A stretch of 64,000 bases of DNA from Octopus vulgaris (Eukaryota), in NCBI GenBank assembly GCA_951406725.2, contig OX597831.1, positions 58,776,001-58,840,000 of the forward strand, in the 5' to 3' direction. Both the position numbers and the translations under genes were made by a program. The notes beneath the pieces are model-generated. The model was not told the DNA's origin. It was given only the letters and a program-made list of their open reading frames with translations, and made no database searches. Below, in pieces: positions 13,364 through 26,552 of this stretch; within the stretch, counting starts at the first letter, position 1; every line of letters starts with the position of its first letter.

Positions 13364-15939
13364 TACACACACAAAGATACACACAAACACACACAGATAC
13401 ACAAACGCACACAGACACACAAACGAACACACATTTATTTATGTATGTGTGTATGTATGTATCTATCTGTCTCTCTCTATGTGTGTATGCAAAAATGTAT
13501 ACACATAGATACACAGAACACACATACTCATACATACATACGCAGACATACATGCATACATTCATACATACATACATACATAAATACATACATATATACA
13601 CACACAAGTCTTACACGGCTCTTGTGTTATATCCGCGTATATAGGAGCAATGAATTGAAATATATAAACGTGTTTTGGAATATGCTGTTTTGTTTAACCT
13701 TAATATTATAGGTCTTGCATGCACTGCCATGTACTATCTGTCCATCCCGTTTTCGGTGTTCACGATAATATCCATTTTTATCACTTTATGATATGAGACA
13801 ATACTGTAAGTTATTGAGGACTTTAATAGTCTCAGGTATGCGAATGAATTTGCCGTTTCTCTATACAAAGATGAAGTTTTGTGGATTAAATAAAGGCAAC
13901 CAACGCAGTAAAATATATGGGTGTTATAATGATATGCTTAATATTTCGTGAGAATTTTGTCTGCAAGAGCCATTACTTTTCAATAAGGTGTGTTTTGTAA
14001 TCCAATGCAGCAAAGCAGATTAAGCATAGAATATCTACCGGAGGTCAAGCATATCTGTTGCTGCCCACTACTCCTAAATACTAATAAAATGGTATTCATT
14101 TTTATGATCCGCAAAGCCTAAATTAACGAAGGAATTATATATCATATATATCATATGAGCTTGTGTGCATGTGAGTAAGTTTGATATGTATTTATGTATT
14201 CATTCAAACCTTCTGAAAATTTATATTCATATAAATACTCCAAATGTTGTAAGAAGAGCGCAAATGTATACGTATACAGACAGGGAAGGTAACCAACTCA
14301 TGGCCGCTTCGAGGATCAGTTTCGCCTATGCCGTAGGCACCATCAGTGGTGACAGCTTGAACGGCTCAAGGTCGGCTAATTATGTGTGTGTGTTTCTGTT
14401 TGTTTTTGTATCTGTGTTTGTACGCTAACACCGATTGACAACCGCTGTTGTTGTGTTTACGTCTCTATAACTTATAGTTTTCGCGAAATAGACCGATAGA
14501 TTAAGTACCTGAAAATTCAAGGCGCTGCTCAAGCATGGCTGCAGTCTAATGACCAACACAGGCAAAAGAGATAAAGTAGATGCCCATAAGTAACTGGATC
14601 TGCATAGATTTCCACAATGAGTATTCCACAATGAGTATTCAATGTGGCAAAGTTTTCCGAAGACTGTTATACATTTAAAGTAATTTCTTGATAAACCAAA
14701 TGCGATACAGTGTTTAACAAGTCTGTAGACATTGGCTCACGGATTTATATCTTTTGTAGGACATCTCTGATCATTTTCTATCTACGAATTTTCATTCACA
14801 CAGTTTGAATACACGCGAAGCTAGATAAATGACATTTGCCAAAGATAGCACTTACTGGGATCGAACGCAGCAATTCTAGGTGGTGAGGTGTCAGCATACA
14901 GACACACAGACACAAAGAAACACATTATAGATGTATTCATAAGTGGGATACAGAACATTTTACATAAAGAGATGTTTGTAATTTAGTTACACGTTATTCG
15001 TCTCATTAGCGAATTTCTTTTTGTTTTTTCACAAAGTTCAACATACATCGTTAGAGTTTCTGATACACATTCACCATAATGAAGTTAATTTGATAAATAT
15101 AACTCCATTAAAACAATATTGTAAATAGAAATATTTCTTTCTTTAAGTATTTCTCGGCTATATGTAGTAATATAAATCTTTCATTTGCAATGTTATTGTT
15201 CTTGAACATAAAAAGTAGAAATTTAGCAATAGATATATAGCATCTAAGATAATAACTGATAATGAATCTAATGAGAAATTTTAGTGCGCATACAAATAGG
15301 TAAATAAGAGAACATAGATGTCATGAATTGTCATAGATTATCATTATTATTATATTTTAATATTTTATTTGACTTCCCCTTATATATAAGCCATATTCTG
15401 CAGAATTTTACCTTTGATGTAAATAGCTGAGTTCATGAAAAATAGATAAACATCGATGTTGGACGAGTTTCCACAAAATCTGAAGTTTTAATGCATTGCT
15501 TGTGTGTGTGGGTGTATGTGTTTGAGTGTGCGCGCGTGTGTATGTGTTTGTGTTTCTCTGTATATTTGATAAACACACATGCATATATATATATATATAT
15601 ATAACAATAGGGTAATAAGAAATTATTATTACCAGTGGCCTAGCACAAAACGAATTAGTCATTAGACTATATATTATTCACATAGAAATAAAACAAGAGG
15701 CTTCCAAAGAGGAAAGGCACGTGCTAGAAAGAGCAGTAGAAAACTCAAACCACCAATTAAGGATAAATTCTCGAAAGGAATGAGAATTAAAAACTATTTC
15801 AAGCAAAAAATATTTGCTGAAGGCCAGTCTTCATCAGTGGAAAGCCGTTGGATTTCAAATATACATACAAATATATATATATATATATATATACATACAT
15901 ATCTGTATATATGTGTATATATATATCAGCACATATATG

Positions 15940-15991
<52 letters not shown>

Positions 15992-16162
15992 TTAAAAATG
16001 GAGTTAACGCAGGTGTAATCAAATATTTTTACTTTCGACACATGTTTCGAAAATTCCACTGATACTATTCAAAAGAATAAATGGTATAAACAATGCAATC
16101 TTCTATTTATTTATATATTTATTTTTTCCGTGTTAATTGTTAACAAGGTAAAAATACACTCA

Positions 16163-16219
<57 letters not shown>

Positions 16220-16226
<7 letters not shown>

Positions 16227-16672
16227 GGTCAACTGTCTTCTACTATAGCCTTGGGCCGACCAAAGCTTGGTGAGTGGATGTGGTAGACAGAAGAGGAAAG
16301 AAACACGTCGTATATATACATAAACACTTCCTTTCAGATACACAGGCACACACACACCCACGCATACACACACACACTCTCTCTCACTTTCTCCCTCCAT
16401 AATCTCCCCATCTCCTCTCCTCTTTTTCTACCCTTTACACTCTATATTATTTTTCTTTTTTCCCCGCTCTCTCTCCATCCGAACCCATTCACTAATACTA
16501 TAAAAAGAGACAAATTCCTTCACACGACTTACAGCTGAGGAATCTATTAGAGTAGATGAAAATATGTGATTTGTAAAAACAAATGGCATACTAATAAATA
16601 TTTGTATATGTACAACCATCCAGATCTCTAAATACCTTATTTCTTCTAATATATATATATATATATATATAC

Positions 16673-16763
<91 letters not shown>

Positions 16764-17000
16764 TATATATATTAGAAAAAACTGGGTATTCAAATATCTG
16801 GATTGTTGTACATATAACAAATATTTATTAACCGATGTTGGTGAGTTTACGTCTCTGTGATTTGGCTGTTCAGCAAAAGAGATCGGTAGATGAAGTACTA
16901 CATTTAGAAAGAATAATTACTGTGGTCGATTTGATCGACTAAAGACAGTGCTCCAGCATGACCACAATCATATGACTGAAACAAGTGAAAGAATAAAAGA
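16220..17000 (+). mobile_element. Fragments of the CORE-like SINE family (16220-16320 body; 16830-17000 tail) separated by microsatellite-rich sequence
   Basis: TCTTCTACTATAGCCTTGGGCCGACCAAAGCTTGGTGAGTGGAT and GTGCTCCAGCATGACCACAATCATATGACTGAAACAAGT match 60277-60701. Confidence 0.65.
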
Positions 17001-17589
17001 ATATGGCGTATTCTGTGTAAGCGTAAACAGTTGCGTCTGTGTAAATAGACATAATGGTTAATCCGCAAGTCTGAAAATAGATGTTTTTCGAATGAATACT
17101 TCCTTGCCATCAAGAGTTTTCTTATACTTATTCTATAGAAGGAGGAAGTATTTTAATGTTAGCTATGAATATTATAATGGTTAAATGTCGCCGGTCCTAC
17201 TTGTTTGTATATCATGTATGTACAATACAACTAACCTTCTATATGTGTTGGCAGATTCTAAGTACAAATGCATACGAGCATCGATAATTATTTATCTTAG
17301 ATATGGAATCGTGAGCATGTGATGGAAGGACGAAACTTCGGAACAAAAAAAGAAAAAAAGAAAATGAAACAAGGAAGAACACATTCTCAGTAAGTAGTGA
17401 AACAAAATAGTTCCTGAATGTAATATGCAAACCCGCATATAAATACGCACGAGCGCGCGCGCTCACACAGCACACACACGCGTCTTTTAAAAAAAAGTAA
17501 CACAGAGATTCAATCCGGAAGGAGTAGAGAATAATAATTCGTTTGACGGAAACGATTGTTCCAAGTTAGTTTTAACTTTGAAATGATGG

Positions 17590-17715
17590 TCACATGGTTT
17601 CGGTTTGAGTTCCAGTACGTGGCTCCTTGGGCAAAGTGGATTCTACTGCAGTCCAGTCTAGACAGAAGACTTGTGAATCCATTTAGTAGATGGAAACTCG
17701 AAGAAGCCAATCTCA
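17590..17715 (+). mobile_element. 5' half of an old CORE-like SINE; its 3' half lies at ~24520-24705, beyond the Tx1-like insertion
   Basis: CACATGGTTTCGGTTTGAGTTCCAGTACGTGGCTCCTTGGGCAAAGTG...GGAAACTCGAAGAAGCC matches the first half of 60277-60701. Confidence 0.6.
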
Positions 17716-17734
17716 TATCTGTCTGTCTGTCTAT

Positions 17735-17784
17735 ATATCTATCCATCCAGCTATATATATCTATATATCTATCTATCCAAACAT

Positions 17785-17869
<85 letters not shown>

Positions 17870-17906
17870 CATCTATCTATCTAAATATCTATCTATCTAT
17901 CTATCT
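17735..17906 (+). repeat. (TATC)n microsatellite, 5' flank of the Tx1-like LINE
   Basis: Direct reading. Confidence 0.95.
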
Positions 17907-18325
17907 CTTTTGATAGTATTCGTTGACAGATCGACTCGTAAGTTAACTACTTATTTTATTGTGTTTCTCGAAAAGTTTCGTTGTAAATTTTGCACACGGA
18001 GTGTGTAAGACACCCAGCTGTCGTCTGGGTGTGTTTTCCGGAGGGGATTATGCCCCTAGGGGCATTTTCAGCCTCAAATATATTTCACAATTTTGGCTGC
18101 AATAACTTGTTTTTTTTAACATAATGTCGGCGAAGCGTTTCTAGTAAATTACGAACGCTGTTCTCTTTCTTCTCGTTTGTATCCATTATTTACGTTCCAC
18201 ATTGTCGTAGTGTTGTGACTTTCCAAACGCTCTACTTTCGTTTGAGCCTGTGTTAAATATAGAAATCGCCCATAAGGGCATTTTCAATCTATTTTTATTT
18301 TTTTCTCTTGAAACAAAAAATAATA

Positions 18326-20402
18326 ATGTCAAGAAATCTTATAGTGGAAAAATATTCTGCTATGTTTTCTGAAGAAAACTTTCCCAGTTTGCAAAATACA
18401 ATCGACAAACGCGCTGACAGTGAAATGGATAATACTCAAACCACCACCACCACCACCACCACGTCATCCACTACCTCAACTACCAAGAACAACAACAATG
18501 ACAACAAGAATAACAATAATTGCGACACCGTTTCGATAGCTGCTGCCTCGGCTGTCTCTTCTGCCACTGACACCACCACCAACAACAAAAACAACAACAA
18601 CAACAACTCCGTTCAGACCTGTTTTACTCCAACAACAAAAACTGAAGTAACTAAACAAAAAACTGTAAAAATCAAACAAATTGTCAAAAGCTGCCCGACT
18701 ACAGGGATAAATTATGAAAATAATTTTCCACCCCTTCCTACTTGCACAATCGAACCAAACACACCAATTTTACAAACTGCAGCCAACAACAACATCACCA
18801 CCAGCAACAACAATAACAAAACAACAACAAATTTCGCTGAGGCGATTAAAGAAAAAAAACAACAATATATTTTACGGCTCAACAAATACAGGACACGAAC
18901 ATTACAATAACAGAATTAGATGGTATAGTGAAGATAAACATACCAGAAGACATTTTGGTAGATGAAAAAAGAAGAACAATTATTTATAAAATAGTTAACA
19001 AAAAAACAAAAAGCCCAGAGAAGCCTAACACAAGCAAAATAGAGAAGTGCTTGAAACCCATCTGGAATCACAAAGACTATGTGACCTGGTGGAACAAATT
19101 TGCCCACATACAAGTTGTTTTCCACACCGAAGAGTTGGCTAGACGTTTCTCAACGCTAACTCTTCACTCAGATGAACTCCAACTTACACCAAGCTATTGG
19201 GGACAGAAAGTGACTAAGATCACTTTAAACAATGTCCCCAAAATAGCCAATAATCTATGTCTTGTAAAGGCCTTATGCGTAAAAATGACGAATTTTACTA
19301 TTTTGGAAACCACGGTCACAGAGCATAAAAACTGGGTGGGAAAAAAAGTAGAATTTCTTCTACATATACATCATGAAGATATAAAAAAAATACCCACCCA
19401 GATATGTGTATCAGACGACCACAAGTTATATGTGGTCGTCGATGGCAGAAGACCACGTTGCTACATATGCGGCAGTGAGCAACACCTAAAAAAGACTGCA
19501 AATCTGCCGCAAGAAAACAACAGCAACAACAACAGCAGCCGGAAGCAAAAACAAATAAACAAGGTTTACTGCCCACACCACGTTTTGCAGGAACAAACCT
19601 CACCAACCAAACAACCACACCAACTGCAGCACCAAGAACAGAAGCAGCATCACCAACAACAACAACCAAGAATACAGCAACTCCCAAACCAAGGACATCT
19701 GCCAAAAAGACACTCAGCAAAAATGAAGAAACAATTACAACTCCAAATCCTCACAAAATTGAGACCCCAAACAACACAACAATACCTACAATCACTCAAA
19801 CACAAAATACCCAAACCCCACCTCCAAAACCGCATACACCACAACCAAACGCTCACCAACCAACACCAACAACAAAATCAACACAGTCGACAATAGACCC
19901 CAATATTTTCCCTCTTCCAGGCTCTGATTCGTCTGATTTGTCATTAGACGAAGAAGACACGGAAGATTGGCAAATAGCCACAGGGGGGGAGAAGAAAAAG
20001 GGGAAAAAAAGAAAAGAAAAAATAACAAATAAAGCAGGAAGATACACCACTCCCGACACAAAAACATCCACAGAAAACAAACACATCAACACAAACACAC
20101 CATCATCAAACCCCCCAACAATGTTGACAGCCATAAACACAAACAATCACGACCTAATGGAACACATTAGGTCAAACACCAACATAACTGAAAACGACAT
20201 AAAAACAAGTAACCACCCACACACAACACCACCACAACACATTAAAATAATACACGTAACACAGAACACATACAGCACCCTGAAATCTCTTTACCCTGAT
20301 GCAGTAGGGAGATTTCAAAAGTATTCATCGAAAAAACTGTACAAAAGCCTCATAGAAGAAGACCGTGAGGTGAAAGACAAAGGACTTTCAAACAACAAGT
20401 AA
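18326..20402 (+). pseudogene. ORF1 (gag-like nucleic-acid-binding protein) of the Tx1-like element, frameshifted
   Basis: Consecutive plus-strand ORF pieces 18326-18910, 18928-19896 and 19938-20402; VVVDGRRPRCYICGSEQHLKK continues as DC with one extra A, restoring CX2CX4HX4C; long T/N/Q/P low-complexity tracts. Confidence 0.8.
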
Positions 20403-20468
20403 CCTTTTCTCTCTCTCTTTCCTTTTTTGCACTTTCTTTTCGTGTGTAAAACACAATTTTATCGGAAC

Positions 20469-23400
20469 ATGCTCAGAATAGGCAGTATAAATGTACGTGG
20501 TTTGGGGTCGCCTTGGAAACAAGGCTACCTGTTAAATGACATCAAATCACTAAATCTGGATATCATAGCCATCAGTGAGACCAGACTCCACAGCTTGCGG
20601 GCACTCCAGCACATTTTCGGTACACATTTCATCATTTATTTTTCTCCGTGTCTACCGAGAATGGGCGGAGGTGGCACCGCGGTGCTTATCCGAAAGAGTC
20701 TGGATCTCAAAGTAAGAGCAAATTTCCTAGACCCGGAGGGTAGGCTGGTCGTTTTGGATATCGATGGCAGCAATGAGTGTGCTTTTCAACTGATAGCAGT
20801 TTATGCTCCGTCCTTAACAGGCCGACCAGATTTCTTTCGACGTCTAGAGTCTTTCATGGGAACGTCTCGTCCTTTACTTTTAGTGGGGGATTTGGAATGC
20901 CACCCTGAACACGCATCTAGACTACGTGGGCAGAGATAGCAATAGAAGGGATGCAAATGCCTCAAAGACCTGCTCAGACGTTTCCAACTGTCTGACAGGT
21001 ACCGACTGGACCACCCGAATGTGCCAATGTGGACACGGAGTAACCGCATCGGGTCGTCCAGATCATACTTAGATAGAGTATTCTGTAGGACAATAGATAA
21101 AAATAGTGTAGGTTGTCCACAATTTCATATAGTCAGTTACACAGATCACAAGTTTGTGACTTGTACACTTGACTTAGATAAGACACATAGGCAGGGTCCT
21201 GGTTACTGGAAACTGAACGCGTCTTTTACAGCACGACAGGTTTACAGGGACCGGATCAGCACATTAGTTAAGAGAGCTTTGACGGGTACCATCATCAACA
21301 ACAGATGGTGGTATGCCCTAAAAAAGCAATTAAAGCAGAATCAGTCAGATACAGTAGAGCCCTAGCATTAGACCGAAATAGAATAGAGGGAGAATTAGTT
21401 TAGGTTTTAGAAGAGGCACTTAGAACTGGCATCGCGTCCAACGTGCTGGCGGCGAGATTGGCCCTCGACCAACACCTTAACGCCAAACACGAGGGATGCG
21501 TTGTCAGAGCTAGGATGCGTGCTCTGAGGAACGAAGGAGTTGGAGCCGCCCAAGAGGCCCGAGTGGTGGAGACGCAACGAGGCAACAGAGCCACCATCAA
21601 GTCTCTTATAGATGAACAGGGGCGCGAATTGCTCGAGCCTAAAAGGATGTGTGGGGCTTTTCAACAACACTTCACCCAACTGTTTGGGACAAGTGGTGAG
21701 TCAGAACGCAGAGTGGACTTTAGTGTCTACCTGCATGCCTTGCCACGACTCTCAGCAAGAGAGGTGGAGTCTTGTGAAAAGCCTATCACAGCTGCGGACG
21801 TACAGGATGCGATGGTAGGCTGCGCGAGAGACAAGTCACCAGGCTTGGATTGTCTGCCCTACGAACTTTATTTTCATATGCCAGACTTGTTTGGAGGTGT
21901 CTTGGCAGCTGTCTACTGCAACTGGCAGCAGAACGGGAGTATTCCTGCTTTTGTAAAGCGAGGAGCAGTGACACTGATCAAGAAAGACCCAAACAAGGGG
22001 GACGTCATAGATAATTTCAGGCCCATCACTCTGCTCAACGCAGATTTGAAATTTTTTGGCCAAGGTGTTAGCCGAGAGGTTGGCGTTTGTCATCAAGAAA
22101 CTAATCGACAAGGCGCAAACATGCGCCGTGCCGGGTAGAAGTATTCATGACAACCTCCATCTGATGCGCTACATCATAGACAGGGTAGTTAAAAATCCTG
22201 GCATGGGTGGGGTGCTGATCAATTTGGATCAATCAAAAGCCTTCGATAGGGTAGACCATCACTACTTGGAGGCTGTCCTTAAAGCGGCTGGTTTCGGTCC
22301 AGTTTTCCGCGGTTGGATCGCTGCCTTATACAGCGGCATCCGCTCAGTAGTTCGCGTAAATGGTCATCTATCCAGACCTTTTAACATCATGCGTTCGGTT
22401 CGTCAGGGATGCCCCCTCTTATCGCTGCTGTATGTACTGACTCTTGAGCCACTACTGCGGAAACTGGCGACGCTGAGGGGCATCCCACGAGAGCTCGGAT
22501 GCGGGAGGAGCGTGTCTGCATACGCGGATGACGTCACCGTCATAGTGTCGAGCTACGAGCACATCGAGCTGGTCGGCGAGACACTAAAAGAATACGAAGC
22601 GGTAACGGGAGCAAAAATTAACCGGGAAAAGTCAGTGGGCTTGCGGCTCGGCACCTGGAGAAGCAAGCCCATGCCGTCCAACAGCGTCTCCATCGTGGGA
22701 CGATGGACGGACGGACCGGTTAAATTGATCGGGGTCTGGTTCGGTCCGGACCTCCAAATGGAGAAGAACTGGGGCGAGATAACGACTAGGGTGGCTACTC
22801 TCACCCAGAAATGGGCTGAGAGAAAGCTATCCCTAAAAGGTCGGGCGGAGGTGGCGAACGCGTACATCGCATCCGTCATCGAGTATCGTCTGACCGTCGT
22901 GCCTTGTCCCGACCCTACCATCACCAAACTGGAACGCATACTCTTCCGCTTCTTGTGGAAGGGAAACGTTCCGATGGTTAGGCGATCCATTTGCTGCCAA
23001 CACCCGCTAAATGGAGGGCTGGGCATGCCGTGGTTGATGATGCGCAGACATGCGCTGAGACTGCGACATCTCCGGCGCTTCATAGACAACGGTGAACAGG
23101 TGTGGTCGCCTTTTGTGCGGCGCGCTTTCCCGCAGCTCGTCTCCTTGGACGAACTACAGTCATGGATCAAGCAGAGACCGAGGCTAGGCGAATGGCACCG
23201 CGAGTGTCACGTTGCTCTCAAGCAACTCTGCCGTCCGGGATCGAACTTGTGCGACTCCATCACAACAAAGGCATTCTATAGAGGATTAGTGGAGGGGAGG
23301 TGCGACGACGAACTCGGGCAGAGTCTGGGCGTCGACGAGGAACACCTGACCCGCCTGTTCAGGACAACTTTCGGGCCGGGACCTATGAACAATCACCAAA

Positions 23401-23906
23401 GATCCCTGGCCTGGCAGTGCTATCGAGAAGCATTACCTGTTCGGGATAAGCTCTACAGACACGGTTCCAGACACACTGGACCGACTTGCCCGAGATGCGG
23501 TCAGAGCGACGAAACCGTTCTGCACGCACTCGTGCAATGTCCAACCATTTCCGACCTGTGGGCTTATGCCGAACGGCTGCTGTCACGTGTGGGACGAATC
23601 CGCCTATCGGCCGAGTCTATCGTGAGAATTGCTCCGCCCCCTTCCCTCAACCGGGAAGGCAAGGCAGTTTTCATCGTACTGGTGGCCATGGCGAAAGAAT
23701 GTATGTGGTGGACTCGAGCAAAAGGATTAGAGACAGACACTTACCTCTCTGGCCAATCGCTCATCAACTTTTTCAAGTACCACTTGAAAAGGAAGGTGAG
23801 AATGGAGAGGGAAGTTTTGTCTCGCGAAAGATTCAAAAAAAGATGGGTGAATGTTGCAAAGATGGTGCGTGCTAGTAACGAAACCATTTTGAGCATGATC
23901 CTGTAG
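20469..23906 (+). pseudogene. ORF2 (AP endonuclease, reverse transcriptase, C-terminal zinc finger) of the Tx1-like element; four frameshifts and one in-frame TAG as assembled
   Basis: GSINVRGL, ISET, VYAP, VGD(W)N, SYLDR, TDH (APE); KSPGLD, FRPITLLNAD, LDQSKAFDRVDH, VRQGCPL, YADD at 22521-22532 (RT); CPRCGQSDETVLHALVQC. Confidence 0.95.
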
Positions 23907-24214
23907 ATCGTAAAAAAGAAAGAAGAGCATTTTGATCTCATGTGGTTATTTCCTCCCTGACTGGGGTTCCCGTGGTCTTTTCTGTAGGCTTTTCTTCCTA
24001 CGGATGAACCCAACTTTGTTATATCAATGTTTATATCATTATGTCTGTGATACACGATTTCCTTTTTTTTTCCTTTTTTTTTTTTTTTCCTCCTCTCGAT
24101 CCCTTTTGATCGCAATCTTACATTTATTTTCTTTTTTTCCACCCTCGAAAAGAAAAGCTCTGCATTTGTATTTGTCCCCTCTGTATTCAGCCCTGTGTGG
24201 CTAATAAAAGAAAG

Positions 24215-24215
<1 letters not shown>

Positions 24216-24308
<93 letters not shown>

Positions 24309-24309
24309 G

Positions 24310-24341
<32 letters not shown>

Positions 24342-24350
24342 CCTATCTAC
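24216..24350 (+). repeat. (TATC)n microsatellite, 3' tail/flank of the Tx1-like LINE
   Basis: Direct reading. Confidence 0.95.
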
Positions 24351-24427
24351 CTCTCTGTTTTTCTGTTTGTCTGCCTGTCTGTCTCTCTGTCTGTGTGTCT
24401 CTCTGCTTGTCTGTCTTCCTACCTACA

Positions 24428-24472
<45 letters not shown>

Positions 24473-24519
24473 TGGAGTGTAGTCATCTGATACACTCACA
24501 TAGACACACACACATATAT

Positions 24520-24705
24520 ATGGCGTCGTATTTGTGTCTGTTACCGACGGTCTCTACTTGCGTGCACATAACATAGCGATTCAGCAAAGAGACTGACAGA
24601 ATAAGTACTCGACTTTAAAAAATGCCATTGCTTTGAGAAACTGAAACCCTTGAGTGGGTTACGCCTGCATGGCTGTTGTCCAATTACTGAGGGAAATAGA
24701 AGATA
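24520..24705 (+). mobile_element. 3' half of a decayed CORE-like SINE
   Basis: TAGCGATTCAGCAAAGAGACTGACAGAATAAGTACT and GCATGGCTGTTGTCCAATTACTGA match the family tail. Confidence 0.6.
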
Positions 24706-26552
24706 AATTTTAAATTCAACATAAAAAGGATAAAAAAATCTGACATAGCCGACATTCAAAAGCGATACGAAACCCGCACTCACAGACAGCACGCATATAT
24801 ATGTGTATGTCAGTGTGTGTGCGTGTTTGTACGCTCGCCTGTGTTTGTGTGTGTGAGTGTGTGTGTTTGTGTGTGTGAGTGTGTGTGTTTGTGTGTGCTT
24901 ATTTAGTTGGCCATAGATCAGTGAACTACGCTTGGTTCAAAAATTAGTGTGGGAGCTTGTTATCTAGTTTTAGTGATAGTTGTTCGCGTCATGTAACGAT
25001 TCATCTGGATGGTATTGAATTTCCCAATGCTGCAATTTCTATATCATGATAATGTATATTAACTAAACTTTCTGCACTTGTAACATTTTAAATTCAGCTG
25101 CGTTAAGCTGAATGATGTTAATGAATATTCAAGTTATTCAATTAACTTATGTAAATTAGAGTGAAGTGTGTTGTTACATAGCATAGTCCATCTTTAATAA
25201 GTTATACAGACCGGGTGCTGTATCAGCACATGATAATTAAATTGCTTTAGCGTAAAATGTGTGACGGATGATCAGCTATTTGTTGTACTCTTAGTATAAA
25301 GCATATATAAAAAAAAATTCTGTTGTAATGTTTTGTAAGAAAATGAGGGCGGTTCAACATCAGCCAATTTACATAATTTGTTTTATCATCTGAATCTTTC
25401 ATACATTTCTGTAGTAATATAACTTATTAAACACATTAGTTTATAATTAATGAAGGCAAAAAAGGCATAGTTTATATCTGTATAAATACATAAAAATTTT
25501 TATTATTTTGAAATCGAACACTGATAAGAGCTTTTAATAATTTTGGTAAATTATGATCATTTCATGTTAGAAGTGTTCATCAATAAATCGATTTTAAAAA
25601 AGTGTTTATTTACGTATAGGTCAATGAAAAGAGCAGTCAGATTATATGAGCAAATAAATATGTAGACGATAGATTAATTAAAAATCTGGGTTTATTAGAT
25701 GGTTCAAAATCAATATGATGTCCTATTATAACAATTACGATAGCAGGATTCGTTCATCTCTACTAACAAATACTGAAAGTTGATAGAATAAACTTTCATA
25801 GGAAAAAGATAGAAATTTAACAACAAATTTATAACACTTATGTTGTCATAATTCATGGAACGAAACGAAACAAACACATCTTCTTAGGAGATAATATATC
25901 AACGATTCATAAAATTTAATAAATATTATGGCATACTGAAGAGAAGTTAAAACGTTCGGGTAGAATACCTGACGGAGTTAAAAGAGAAGTTTTGTTACCG
26001 TAACGTACTTTATTATGGTATATATCTTCAATGAAACAGACTTCATCGAGGTACTCCAATCTCAGGAATGAAAAATATTCCATAAAACATATTTCTTAGA
26101 TGCTCATACCTTGTTACAACAAGATCTATACCTACAATCTTACAAGGCCTTGAAACTTAGCGGTATTAGCTAACAGATAAATTATATCTCGACAAATCGT
26201 ATTATATCCCACATGCAACGGCTATGTGTAGGATATGTCGAGTTTTTCTGGGATTTATGTTTAAAAGTGAATGTGCAAGACGCGCATCAAAATTTATTAA
26301 ACATGCATACATAACAAGCCAGATATAGTTAATTGTGCCGAAATAAAAGTCATGTATAGCCGTAGATTATCAGCAAGAAGGAGAATGTTTTTGGGTCAAT
26401 GCAGGGAAGCCTGTATCTCCTCTAATCTTAATATAAATTTACGCGAATGAGGAGACCGGCTAAGCCTCCACTTTACAAAAAGGATCGTTTTACGAGCCTG
26501 CAAAGTTCTAAGAGTTGCAGGAGCTGAATCAAATAATATGTATGTATGTAAA

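Larger units (their letters stand above)
17907..24215 (+). mobile_element. Near full-length (~6.3 kb) L1-group, Tx1-like non-LTR retrotransposon
   Basis: ~420-nt 5' UTR, ORF1 with a zinc knuckle, ORF2 with APE-RT-CCHC domains, T-rich 3' UTR, AATAAA at 24203, then (TATC)n. Confidence 0.93.

Noticed and set aside
22553-23170. 205-aa antisense ORF and other overlapping ORFs within the LINE
   Set aside because: Shadow frames of the GC-rich RT coding strand; no recognisable motifs
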